64,000 nt of DNA from Escherichia phage EC106: sequence record ON210138.1; one strand, given 5' to 3'. The notes under the pieces are model-generated. The model saw only the letters and a program-made list of their open reading frames with translations, made no database searches and was not told the DNA's origin. Numbering within the stretch: position 1 is the stretch's first letter; every line of letters starts with the position of its first letter. The translations under genes and the position numbers were made by a program. Shown in pieces: positions 18,221-27,620 of the stretch.

Positions 18221-19041
18221 AGATACAGCACCAATGTTTGCACGACCTACATAAAACTCTTCACCATATTCGTTATAGTATGGTGATAAAAATGCTCTAC
18301 ACTTGTTGTTCAGGTAAGTTCGCTAAGCTTACCCCGCTTTATTCAAGCTGCTTACTGTCGCCAGTAAGTCCAGACTATATCTTCTACTTATTTCTAAGTA
18401 GCGTACCATTTCGAGTCGCTTGACCCTACACCGCTACATTCATCACGGTTAGTCGTTCGGCATTTAGATGTACTCAAACTTATATTCGAAGTTATTATGC
18501 TCTTTTACACCCTTCAATATTGAAGAGATGGTCTTGCGATTGTGTCCAAGTGTATTGGATAACTCTCGTATTGACTTAGCAACAATAACTTCCTTTGTCA
18601 CTTTGTGTGTGGCTTTCACGGCATATGAACGCTTGTGGAACTTGTAGCACCCGTTCTCAATAACCCTCTTTAGCATTCTCAGAATGAGTACCCCATTCTA
18701 AGTTAGATACGTGGTTATTTAGTTTGTTATCGTCCTTATGTTTTACAATTGGAAGATTGTTCGGGTTAGGTACATATTTCTCAGCAACTAACCTGTGGAC
18801 ATACATGTCACGATTCTTCTTACCGTAAAACCTCACTTTCATATACCCAGTGTTGGATTTCCACTGCGTAAGCTCTACACCATTTTCCCTAAAAACTTTT
18901 CCATCTTCAGTGACGTGATAGTTTGGCATGTAAGACTCCTATGTTGTATAGTTTCTTACATCGTACATCATTTAGCACAGGATTGTCTACATCTGTAGAG
19001 TTTCCCTGTTTAGGCACGTTTTAGATGAGCTATAGAGCTTG
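18221..19041 (-). mobile_element. putative group I intron interrupting nrdD, carrying an HNH homing-endonuclease gene (boundaries approximate)
   Basis: nrdD split into two co-linear ORFs; intervening HNH ORF plus structured non-coding flanks. Confidence 0.6.
18464..18929 (-). CDS. HNH homing endonuclease, apparently frameshifted (two overlapping ORFs)
   Basis: HKDDNKLNNHVSNLEWGTHSENAK HNH motif in 18657-18929; C-terminal segment in 18464-18676. Confidence 0.6.
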
Positions 19042-20241
19042 TTAACCCATCGGTGAAATTACCTTGCCAGAACGCTCAAAAGCTTCTGCTACAGCACCAT
19101 GACCAGATACACTTAAGAAATCTGGATACATTGCTTTAGAGCAACACTCTATAGCTTTACTGTACAGGTGGCCTTGACAGATATTCTCATTATGTCTCTT
19201 CTGGTCATAAATATAAACCAGTTTAGGGAATACAACAGGTTTCTTGCTCTTACCTTGTCCATTCATACGAACATCTAGGAGAGTACTTGCAATCATGTAT
19301 TGTAGTCGGTTATCTTCATTGGACATATCTGAGTCAAGTAACCCGAATGTCAAAGTTGTGAATGCAAAATCACCACGGCTGCAAGGTACAGTATTTAGTT
19401 TCATCTCTAGTGACTGGAAGCCTTGAGTTAATTCAATCTGTAGCTGCTCCATGACATAATTGTGGTAATGTTCTTTAGGAATACCATAAGATGCTGCTTT
19501 CTCAGCATGATAGCGTAGAGACTTCTTAGCATACGGTACAAGTACCTTATCAATCTCTGCTAAAGTAAAGCCACCAAATTGCTGTGCAGTTGCTGAAAGA
19601 ACTACGTCACCAATAACCTGTAAGGCTGACAGTACAGACTTTGGTTCACAATATTCAATGCCAGACATTTCAAAGCCACCTTTCAGCACTTTACCAATGT
19701 CAAACAGGCAACAGTTGATACCACCAAAAATTAGGTCTCTTAAATCATGGATATAGATAAACCCTTTTTCAATGGCTTCAAGTTCCTCTGGTGTTAAGTG
19801 GTACTGTTTAAAGATTTCTTTAGTCAGATAACCACGAATAATTGAGCCTTTTGTAGAAATTAAACTGCTGTCAAAATTAGCGTTTTCTCGGTCGCCTAAG
19901 AATAGTGTATCTTTGGTCTTCTGGTAGAGTTCATCCCAATTTTGAGCAACTTCTTTACGGTAATTTCTATATGTTGAGTAAGACTCATAAATCTCGTGAT
20001 TGACTTCTGCCAAAGCACCCTCAACAATACTGTGAATATCATTTACCGAAATTAGCAAATTATTCTGCTTAGTGGACTTTACCAGAATCCTCATAAATGC
20101 TGACTCAAGAGCTTGAGTAACATCTGGTGGAAGCTCTTTATAACCAACTCTGTTAGCTGACTTTGTGACTGCTGCTAAAACTTTTTTGATATCAGGTTCT
20201 TCAAGTGAGCCATTCTTTTTAATAATCTGTACTTTGTTCAT
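19042..20241 (-). CDS. nrdD: anaerobic ribonucleotide reductase, N-terminal exon
   Basis: 399-aa ORF co-linear with the C-terminal exon; ORF probably reads into intron before its stop. Confidence 0.75.
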   Translation of the reverse strand: MNKVQIIKKNGSLEEPDIKKVLAAVTKSANRVGYKELPPDVTQALESAFMRILVKSTKQNNLLISVNDIHSIVEGALAEVNHEIYESYSTYRNYRKEVAQNWDELYQKTKDTLFLGDRENANFDSSLISTKGSIIRGYLTKEIFKQYHLTPEELEAIEKGFIYIHDLRDLIFGGINCCLFDIGKVLKGGFEMSGIEYCEPKSVLSALQVIGDVVLSATAQQFGGFTLAEIDKVLVPYAKKSLRYHAEKAASYGIPKEHYHNYVMEQLQIELTQGFQSLEMKLNTVPCSRGDFAFTTLTFGLLDSDMSNEDNRLQYMIASTLLDVRMNGQGKSKKPVVFPKLVYIYDQKRHNENICQGHLYSKAIECCSKAMYPDFLSVSGHGAVAEAFERSGKVISPMG

Positions 20242-20260
20242 TATTGCCCCTTTACATGCT

Positions 20261-20281
20261 AAAAAGGTCTCCGAAGAGACC
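20261..20281 (-). terminator. rho-independent terminator (GGUCUC-UUCG-GAGACC + U5)
   Basis: hairpin plus U-run on minus strand. Confidence 0.7.
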
Positions 20282-20289
20282 CTTTCATT

Positions 20290-20496
20290 TTAAATCTTTT
20301 TAGAAAACTTCGCAAAGAGTTCTCTTAGTTTTTCAGTGATACCTAACTGTATCTCTAATATTTCGAAGATAACCCATAGTAACATGGCTACAAACAATGA
20401 ACCTTGTTCAAAGTCAGTAAATAGGTTAACAATAAGCATACCAATCACAATATCTGGTGCAGCAACAACCAAACCTTCCCAAAGGCGTTTAAGCAT
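20290..20496 (-). CDS. small hydrophobic membrane protein
   Basis: 68 aa with two predicted hydrophobic helices. Confidence 0.4.
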   Translation of the reverse strand: MLKRLWEGLVVAAPDIVIGMLIVNLFTDFEQGSLFVAMLLWVIFEILEIQLGITEKLRELFAKFSKKI

Positions 20497-20731
20497 TATT
20501 CACCTCTGCCATAAAATTCTGTAGCGTCCCAACAGGTTTTAGGTTTTGTCCATCAGTTTTCATGATGAATGGCATCTGACGAACTGGCATCTGTGCAATA
20601 TCCATTAGTTCTGATAGCTCATAATCCTGCCCTAACATCCTCACAACATGGTCAATACCACGAGCTTTTGCAAAATTCTTTGCAGTCTCACACTGAGGGC
20701 ATCCAGTTTTGGAGTAAATTACATAAGTCAT
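20489..20731 (-). CDS. glutaredoxin/NrdH-like redoxin
   Basis: CPQC active-site motif, 80 aa, immediately upstream of nrdB. Confidence 0.7.
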   Translation of the reverse strand: MTYVIYSKTGCPQCETAKNFAKARGIDHVVRMLGQDYELSELMDIAQMPVRQMPFIMKTDGQNLKPVGTLQNFMAEVNNA

Positions 20732-21864
20732 TAAGGAACCTCTAAAAATCCACTATTCAAATCATCTACAACAGTATTCAATAAATACGCACCGTTCTGT
20801 TGCTCCTGATTAGCATTCTGCTCTTTATCAATTTCCATCTTCTTAATCATGTACTTCAAAGGTGGTTCTTTAGGAGCTACAAAATCTCTGGGAATGCCAA
20901 ACATATCATACAGTGGGGCAGCATTATAGTAAACCCACTCATGAAGCAGCTTTGTATTTAAGCCAACTACAGCACGTCCTTCGGAGAAGATATAATACGA
21001 CCATTTCTCTTCACTTTCAACTACTTCATCTAAGATTACTTTAATCTCTGGAAGAATTTGTTGAAAAGCTTTCTGCCACTCATCATCTCTTAAAGTTTCT
21101 TTTAAAACTTCAATATCAATTTTAGTGTGAAGGGTTTCATCAAGCATAATTTTCTGGACAGCTTGAGCAATACCCTGAAATTTATCTTGAGCATCAAGTG
21201 CAAAAGTACATGCAAAGGATGCCATAAAAGATATACCTTCAAGTGCAGTCACTGCAAACAACCCTTTTAGAATCACTTTATGGAAGTGTAAAGGGTCTTT
21301 GTCCAGAAGTGAGTCCCGCACATAACTCAGACGATAGTTTATACCTTCATCCAGTAATTCTTCAAGAACACGATTCACAGTTTTTAATCGGTCTTGCACA
21401 GCAACATTCTGGTTAATCTCATCTAAGATTGTTTCAGGGTTTTTAATACATTGCCTTACAATCTCTGAGTAAGTCAAAGCATGAAGGTTCTCAATCTCAG
21501 ACTGCTTCATAATTGCAGTTGCATAGATGTCATCAGAGATAAAGGGTGCAAAGGCAAATGCCAAACTCTTAGCAACTTGAGTATCTGCTTCCCATTGCCA
21601 CTTGAGAATCTCAAGCATTACACCTGACATAGATGCTGGAACACTCTCAAAATCAAGACGTGATTGTTCAAAAGGGAACTCATCTTCTGACCAATCTTGT
21701 GCTTTTTGTTGCTTATATAGTTCAAAGATTTTTGGGTAGTGTTTATTAAGTGAGTCAAAAGTTTTTCTCTCACCACCTAAAAAGATTGGGTGCTGGTTAA
21801 TCATAATGTGATTTCTCCTTTCTTTATCATTTCTAAGGCTTGTTTTCTGTCTAAAACTTCCCAA
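20731..21864 (-). CDS. nrdB: ribonucleotide reductase small subunit
   Basis: 377-aa protein adjacent to nrdA; called from size, position and overall resemblance. Confidence 0.8.
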   Translation of the reverse strand: MGSFRQKTSLRNDKERRNHIMINQHPIFLGGERKTFDSLNKHYPKIFELYKQQKAQDWSEDEFPFEQSRLDFESVPASMSGVMLEILKWQWEADTQVAKSLAFAFAPFISDDIYATAIMKQSEIENLHALTYSEIVRQCIKNPETILDEINQNVAVQDRLKTVNRVLEELLDEGINYRLSYVRDSLLDKDPLHFHKVILKGLFAVTALEGISFMASFACTFALDAQDKFQGIAQAVQKIMLDETLHTKIDIEVLKETLRDDEWQKAFQQILPEIKVILDEVVESEEKWSYYIFSEGRAVVGLNTKLLHEWVYYNAAPLYDMFGIPRDFVAPKEPPLKYMIKKMEIDKEQNANQEQQNGAYLLNTVVDDLNSGFLEVP

Positions 21865-22142
21865 TTTTCTTTGTTAAACATCTCATAAGGTCTTGCGTAG
21901 ATTTTACAATCTGCTGTAGAGATGTAAGAGATACCAGCAACCCATGAGTCATCATTTTGTTTTATCATCATGTCTGTGCTACTCACATAGTACATCGTTT
22001 TCCGAGGCTTGTGGAGCAAGTATATAGGTCGCTTATGCTTTTCTATTAAATCTTTCATGGTCTCTCCAAAGTTATTTTTAGAGGGTCTTTTACGACCCTC
22101 ATAGTTGTTAAAACTAAACACCACAACCCTCGCAATAAGCAT
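21801..22142 (-). CDS. hypothetical protein (start uncertain)
   Basis: ORF between nrdA and nrdB overlapping both ends. Confidence 0.3.
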   Translation of the reverse strand: MLIARVVVFSFNNYEGRKRPSKNNFGETMKDLIEKHKRPIYLLHKPRKTMYYVSSTDMMIKQNDDSWVAGISYISTADCKIYARPYEMFNKENWEVLDRKQALEMIKKGEITL

Positions 22143-24348
22143 CTTGCAGTGCGGATTTACCTACACCAATGCGGCTGTTAAGGTAGTACATGGTTTTCAT
22201 ACCTACCGAGTTGGCATAAATCATGTACTTCAAAGCTTGAGCCAATGATACCTTCTTAGACTTTGCATAGTCAACATAGAAGTCTGAAGAGATAGCTTGA
22301 CCAGTGAACTTTTGAACAATTGCATAACAGTCAATCATATCAAAGGTGTCGATATCCCAAGCAATTTCATAGACATACTTCAACTCTTCATAATCTGGAA
22401 CAATAAACAGCACGTTACCAGTTGCAGACTTTTTAGTTAAAATAAAGTCACGAATTGGGTACAAGCCATTTGTCGTATTAGTTGCTAGTGAAGAACTCTC
22501 ATTAGGCATGTAAGCTTCTAATACAGAGTTTCGGATGCCACCGTTTTCTTTGATACGTTGTGCTAAGTCATCCCAATCATATCTTAGTTTTGCATCATGC
22601 TTCTCATCAATCTTCTTGTTAGCTGTCTTTGGAGGAACCCAGCCTTCAGGATACTTAGTGAACTTCATGTACTCTGGAACGCCACGCTCTTTAGCAAGTC
22701 TCAGAGAGGCTTCATGCAGATAGTAAGAGTGCATCTCTGCAAGTTCATGAAGTTTCGTTTTACCTGCTCGTGAAGAGTAGTTCACGTAGTTCTTCGCAAG
22801 GTAATGAGCAACATTTGTAAGGCCAATCCCAACAGAACGACGCTTCTGAACATGGTTACGCATCGACGGATACGGATAATCCATAAGGTCAATAACGGAG
22901 TCAACCATTGCAAGAGCATAATAAGCAACGTCAGCGTATTCATCTTCTGAAATTCTCCCTGCAACCAAACTAGCTAGGAAGCAAAGAGCCACCTCACCAT
23001 CCTCTTTCACAGCATCATCTCTGTAAAGGTCTGTCTCTTTCTCAAAACCATACACTGGCAATACAATTTCCATACAAAGATTTGACATCTTCAATGGTTC
23101 TTTAAATGGTGTATGTGTGTTTGCATTGTTAGTGAAGAATGGATACACACGACCTGTAGCATAACGCTGTTGAATAAACAGCTTAGCAATTTCACGAGCC
23201 TTGACTCGTCTGTGCTTAACTCCTGAATGTACTGCGTGACCAACCGCCATAGCAAACTCATCAGCAGATGCTGTGTAGAACATGTCATAGAGTTTTGGTG
23301 CATCTTTGTAAGAGAATAGCAACCAATCTGTATCATACTGAACACACTGCCAGAAATAATCGTTTGTGCCGAATGAGTAGTCCATCTCGTTAATACGTTT
23401 AGAAGGAACCGTTGTAGGGTGCTTCAAACGCAGTAAATCTTCAATCTGCGGGTCTAGAGCAGTATAGAAGTTATTAGCTGAACCACCACGACTCTTCTGT
23501 TTGTTTGCCTCTACAGATGAACGTACAAGCTTGTAATAAGGTAGCTTACCCATGTGCTCAATAGTATTTTGACGGATACCATCACCAATAGTGCGAGTCT
23601 CCATCAGCATACCAATACCAGCCTGCTTTGTAGTCATATCATAAGCAACCTTTGCAGCAATACCGAGTGATTCAGCAGTATCATTTGCCTTAATCAAACA
23701 GCATGACGCATAGCCTGATTTAGTTGCTCTTAAACCGTTTAAATAAGGCGTAGGAGCGTTAATCTTCAGGTCAGATAGGTAAGTGTACAGCTTGATAACA
23801 TCTTGCAGTCTACGGTGCTTTGGTTGCTTCTCAAAGGCTTTCATAGCCATACCCATAAACATAAATTGTGGTGACTCAAAAAGTCTTCCAGTTTTAATAT
23901 CACGGATACCATACTTGTCTCTGAACTGTTTCAATACTGCATAACCGTAAGAGATATCTTTTGAGTGTACGATGTAACCTTGCAGATATTCAAGCTCTTC
24001 CTGTGAATAATCCATCTTCTCCCAAAGTCCTGCTCTCTCCATATTTTTAACGAAGGTAATCAGCGTAGGAACCTTAGTAAAGCCTCCAAAGGCTTCTTTG
24101 TAGATAATACCCAAAAGCAGTCGTCCAGCCATATCTGAGTACTCTTGAGTTTGTTTATCAACACAAACATCAATCATGGCTTGGTGCATCTCTTTTGTAG
24201 TGCAACCCTCATAGACACGTTTCATAGCTTCCATAGTGACTTCTGACCAGATAATTCCACGTTTATCTGCCCATGATGCCCACTTATTCAGTCTTTCTGG
24301 GTCAAAGCTTACTACTGTACCGTTTGATTTTTTAATTGTCTTAATCAT
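22114..24348 (-). CDS. nrdA: ribonucleotide reductase large subunit
   Basis: 744 aa; NLCMEIVLP active-site region. Confidence 0.9.
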   Translation of the reverse strand: MIKTIKKSNGTVVSFDPERLNKWASWADKRGIIWSEVTMEAMKRVYEGCTTKEMHQAMIDVCVDKQTQEYSDMAGRLLLGIIYKEAFGGFTKVPTLITFVKNMERAGLWEKMDYSQEELEYLQGYIVHSKDISYGYAVLKQFRDKYGIRDIKTGRLFESPQFMFMGMAMKAFEKQPKHRRLQDVIKLYTYLSDLKINAPTPYLNGLRATKSGYASCCLIKANDTAESLGIAAKVAYDMTTKQAGIGMLMETRTIGDGIRQNTIEHMGKLPYYKLVRSSVEANKQKSRGGSANNFYTALDPQIEDLLRLKHPTTVPSKRINEMDYSFGTNDYFWQCVQYDTDWLLFSYKDAPKLYDMFYTASADEFAMAVGHAVHSGVKHRRVKAREIAKLFIQQRYATGRVYPFFTNNANTHTPFKEPLKMSNLCMEIVLPVYGFEKETDLYRDDAVKEDGEVALCFLASLVAGRISEDEYADVAYYALAMVDSVIDLMDYPYPSMRNHVQKRRSVGIGLTNVAHYLAKNYVNYSSRAGKTKLHELAEMHSYYLHEASLRLAKERGVPEYMKFTKYPEGWVPPKTANKKIDEKHDAKLRYDWDDLAQRIKENGGIRNSVLEAYMPNESSSLATNTTNGLYPIRDFILTKKSATGNVLFIVPDYEELKYVYEIAWDIDTFDMIDCYAIVQKFTGQAISSDFYVDYAKSKKVSLAQALKYMIYANSVGMKTMYYLNSRIGVGKSALQDAYCEGCGV

Positions 24349-24366
24349 TTTTGAGTCCTACAGATG

Positions 24367-24388
24367 AAAAGAGCCTCCGAAGAGGCTC
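24367..24388 (-). terminator. rho-independent terminator (GAGCCUC-UUCG-GAGGCUC + U4)
   Basis: 7-bp stem, UUCG loop, U-run on minus strand. Confidence 0.7.
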
Positions 24389-24394
24389 CCTAGT

Positions 24395-24733
24395 TTAAAT
24401 CTTGAAAATTTGCTCATTCTGCCACATATCGTAAAACTTATCACTCACTTTTGTGACTGAAGAAGTGTGCATACAATTCAGGGAGAACCATGATGGTGTA
24501 TTATCATACATAAGTGTTTCAAGTTTTTGTGTAACGTTCACATCCATGTCTGCAACAACGTAATTACCTCGCATCTTGCAAACAATTCTTCCAAACAAGA
24601 TTGCACTTCTGCCTCTTCGGTCATCACAGTACATAACTGTGTCTCCGTGCTTAACATCTTGTCCGATACTATCAACACCTAATTTAGCACCTGAGATAAT
24701 GTCATCATAAGATAGCTCTTTTGCTTTAGACAC
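24395..24733 (-). CDS. hypothetical protein
   Basis: ORF in operon context only. Confidence 0.35.
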   Translation of the reverse strand: MSKAKELSYDDIISGAKLGVDSIGQDVKHGDTVMYCDDRRGRSAILFGRIVCKMRGNYVVADMDVNVTQKLETLMYDNTPSWFSLNCMHTSSVTKVSDKFYDMWQNEQIFKI

Positions 24734-25058
24734 GGTATTTCTCCAAGTTTCTTTTTAGATACAACCAACCATCGTCAGTCCTTTCTACACCCATAAAGAG
24801 TGGAGCCATCACAACTTTCCCAAAAGTATTTCTGTGTTGGCAGATTTCAAAGGAATACTCTTTCTCAATGTCAATCCCGTATTTGTACAGAACTGCTTTT
24901 AAAACTTGTTCATTGTCCAGAAGTGTATCTGGAGTCTCACCATATTTTTCTAGTAACGGGTCATTCATGAACACCGTCATAGAAATATTGTAGTTTGAGA
25001 AGTGGCTCTTCTGAGCCACACCCTCTTTATTAATGTTCTGTGAATCCATTATAACCAA
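24726..25058 (-). CDS. hypothetical protein
   Basis: ORF in operon context only. Confidence 0.35.
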   Translation of the reverse strand: MVIMDSQNINKEGVAQKSHFSNYNISMTVFMNDPLLEKYGETPDTLLDNEQVLKAVLYKYGIDIEKEYSFEICQHRNTFGKVVMAPLFMGVERTDDGWLYLKRNLEKYRV

Positions 25059-25785
25059 CCCCTTTTAACCAGCACTTCAGGTTATTGACATCATAATTCA
25101 GTTTCGGGTATGAGGTTACATGGAACTGCTCACCATCATAATAGACAATATCTGCAATCCATAGTCCATTCTCTTTACAGAAGTCTTTATCTGCTTTAGA
25201 AGTAATTGGATTAACTTCTACAAAACCATCTACACCCAAATCCTTTAAGCTACCTACAATACCTTTGCAGATAACGCATGTCTCAGATACTACCACAAAA
25301 AGTTCTTGGCTTTCAAGTTCTACAATGTATTCACCAAGCTGTACTTTAGGGAGATTCGATTGCTTCATAATCTTCCCATCTGCTGCACGAACAATCGCAT
25401 ACCACTCTTTACCATCAACTACTGACATTCTGATAATACACTCTTGACCAGTACGCTTTTCAATGTCTGCAAGACGTTTTAAAGCTTCTTCATAGTCATC
25501 TGTGTACTTCAGGTCATTATTATGGCAAACAGCTTTCATAGCACCATTGTGGTCATGTTGTGACAGGTAAATCAAACCGTCAAGAACATATTGCAAATCT
25601 GCCTGAGCATCTAGTGTCTCAATGGGGTCTTTCTCTTCAATTGCTTTTACAAGCTCTTTTGCTTCTTCAAGCATACACAGAGATTGAGATTTTAAAGATT
25701 CCCAATACTCATTACTGTAAGGTTGCTTTTGAGTGTTTCCACAACGAAGGTTCCAGTTTTTTACTGATTCTCTTGAGTTAAACAT
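25030..25785 (-). CDS. hypothetical protein with possible N-terminal MazG-like NTP pyrophosphohydrolase domain
   Basis: LEEAKELVKAIEEKDPIETLDAQADLQYVLDGL resembles MazG EExxE...E..D helix pair. Confidence 0.4.
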   Translation of the reverse strand: MFNSRESVKNWNLRCGNTQKQPYSNEYWESLKSQSLCMLEEAKELVKAIEEKDPIETLDAQADLQYVLDGLIYLSQHDHNGAMKAVCHNNDLKYTDDYEEALKRLADIEKRTGQECIIRMSVVDGKEWYAIVRAADGKIMKQSNLPKVQLGEYIVELESQELFVVVSETCVICKGIVGSLKDLGVDGFVEVNPITSKADKDFCKENGLWIADIVYYDGEQFHVTSYPKLNYDVNNLKCWLKGVGYNGFTEH

Positions 25786-26009
25786 TCGGACTCCTTAAAA
25801 TATCTGTTAACTTTTAGCTCTCGTGTTTCAATATATTCTAGATGCTCACGTAGCTCTTGGCGTTTAAGCATTAGGTGCTGCATTTGTGATTCAACAGCTT
25901 CAACTTCTTTAATTATTGATTCTCTAGCATTTGCAAGAATGCGCTCAAGTTCTTCAATCTTACTGTCAACTTTTGCTACATGACTCACAGCTTTGCTTTT
26001 GTTAAACAT
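25761..26009 (-). CDS. hypothetical coiled-coil protein
   Basis: 82 aa, heptad-like charged sequence. Confidence 0.3.
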   Translation of the reverse strand: MFNKSKAVSHVAKVDSKIEELERILANARESIIKEVEAVESQMQHLMLKRQELREHLEYIETRELKVNRYFKESECLTQENQ

Positions 26010-26030
26010 TTTATTCTCTCTCAGTAGTTA

Positions 26031-26528
26031 TCAAGCACAATTTGCTTTCATGACCTTATGGATTCTTTTTTCAGCATCTTCATAAGTTTCTTTAGTAATA
26101 AACTTAATTGCTGCAATATTGGCATTGTAGAAGAGTCTGAGCTTCGAGTCAATCCTTTTTGTCATTACATCGAACTTGTGTTGAAGGTTTGCTTCACCAT
26201 AAACTAGACCACCTTTTGTGTAGTAGGTCTGAATAATGTAAAAGTCAAAAAATTCTTTTCCAAAGCTCTCAATATCTTTTTTAATATACTCAGAAGAAGT
26301 CTCATAAGTCATCCAATCACTTTCCTTAGTGACTACCTTCTTCCGAGTCTTACCAGCAACTTTTCGTTTGGTCACACTATTAAGTTGTTTTTTACCCAAA
26401 TAGTACTGTCCAGTCTTTTTGCAGTACACTAGGTAGACAAAACCAAAGTGCTTTGCTGGGTCAACTTCCCCACATAAAGATACCCAATGGCCATAGGTGG
26501 GACAATTGCCAAATCCTTTAATCTTCAT
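26031..26528 (-). CDS. putative GIY-YIG-like nuclease
   Basis: GFVYLVY...YYLGKK spacing resembles the GIY-(x10)-YIG motif; weak. Confidence 0.3.
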   Translation of the reverse strand: MKIKGFGNCPTYGHWVSLCGEVDPAKHFGFVYLVYCKKTGQYYLGKKQLNSVTKRKVAGKTRKKVVTKESDWMTYETSSEYIKKDIESFGKEFFDFYIIQTYYTKGGLVYGEANLQHKFDVMTKRIDSKLRLFYNANIAAIKFITKETYEDAEKRIHKVMKANCA

Positions 26529-27558
26529 TCATACAAGGCTCCCAATTATATTTCTTAAAAGTGAAATCGTCTTTCTTATTTCTTTCCTGATAAGCTAAGA
26601 AAAAGTGTTGCTGCATTAACTCTAAAGGTGTTCTGGTAATTGTTTGTCCATCCCACGAGACATAAGTGTATGACTCTTTCTTAGCGTAAAGCTCATAAAT
26701 TGCATCAAGACACTCTTTGTAAGTGGTTTTACCTTCAAGGGCTTTCATTATAGTAGCCTTACCAACACCCTTTAAACCAAAATAATTATCCGCATTATCA
26801 CCAGCCACAGCTTGGTAACAAAGGAATTTAAAACCTACCCCAACTGTCTTCTTAGCTTTTGGTGTCGATTTTATTGGGCAATCCCAAATTTCACCAACGT
26901 TGTTATCAGCAATGAAAATCAAAGGTGACTTTTCATAGGTCATATCAATACAGTAAGTCCCTTCAGCTTGGCGAAGGTCTTTATCAATACTCATTAAGGC
27001 AGCCTTTTTTCCCATCTTTTCAGCTTTAGCAATAACGATAGAGTCAGCTTCAAATCCATCAAGAATCAATTTGAACTCTGGTCTTGACAGAAGATACTCA
27101 CGACAAGCAACTAAGTGTGTTGGTGTGACAGCATCTTTACGGTTACCTTGATATTGGTGCTCAAGACCTTTAATGTCTTTATGTTTATGCACACCTTTCT
27201 CTGTTAAATAACCTACCCAAGTTCTCTCTTTACCAACAACCTTAAGCCATTCCTGAAGCACCTGTTGAGTAGCCATGATAGCTTCTTTTTCACTCTTAGC
27301 TTCTTTCCAAGTCTGTCTTTCCCATTCATCTTCATCAAATGTCAGGCCAAGTTCTTCCACAAGGATTCTCTGGTCTGCTAACCATCTTGCAGCATCTTTT
27401 GCATTATCAAATGGTTCAGATTCTTCTGCTGTGAGTTTATTGACGTATTTATATTTTGCTTTCTCAACTACACAAGCACCTTTATAGGCAATGCTGTCAG
27501 AGTCAATAAAAACATGTGTAACTGAATCGGGAAGTTTTGTTAATGTGTACTTCTCCAT
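26518..27558 (-). CDS. 5'-3' exonuclease (T7 gp6-like, FEN family)
   Basis: YQGNRK, LDGFEADSIV, SIDKD and AGDNADNYFGLKGVG blocks parallel T7 gene 6 exonuclease. Confidence 0.75.
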   Translation of the reverse strand: MEKYTLTKLPDSVTHVFIDSDSIAYKGACVVEKAKYKYVNKLTAEESEPFDNAKDAARWLADQRILVEELGLTFDEDEWERQTWKEAKSEKEAIMATQQVLQEWLKVVGKERTWVGYLTEKGVHKHKDIKGLEHQYQGNRKDAVTPTHLVACREYLLSRPEFKLILDGFEADSIVIAKAEKMGKKAALMSIDKDLRQAEGTYCIDMTYEKSPLIFIADNNVGEIWDCPIKSTPKAKKTVGVGFKFLCYQAVAGDNADNYFGLKGVGKATIMKALEGKTTYKECLDAIYELYAKKESYTYVSWDGQTITRTPLELMQQHFFLAYQERNKKDDFTFKKYNWEPCMNED

Positions 27559-27573
27559 TATGGCTCTCCATAT

Positions 27574-27601
27574 GAAAAAGCCCCATACTAAGTACAGGGC
27601 T
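27574..27601 (-). terminator. rho-independent terminator between SSB-like gene and exonuclease
   Basis: imperfect hairpin AGCCC..GGGCU flanked by A5 and T3. Confidence 0.5.
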
Positions 27602-27620
27602 TTAAAGTAACTTTTAGAGA

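Noticed and set aside
18230-18460. Possible tRNA genes in ORF-free structured stretches
   Set aside because: No cloverleaf-compatible arrangement was evident by eye; the stretch sits between the nrdD exons and is better explained as intron RNA structure. No tRNA could be supported anywhere in the window without running a tRNA search tool.
22081-22100. GAGGGTC-N6-GACCCTC hairpin between nrdA and the downstream ORF as a terminator
   Set aside because: No U-tract follows it on the minus strand; treated as a stability or processing hairpin at most.
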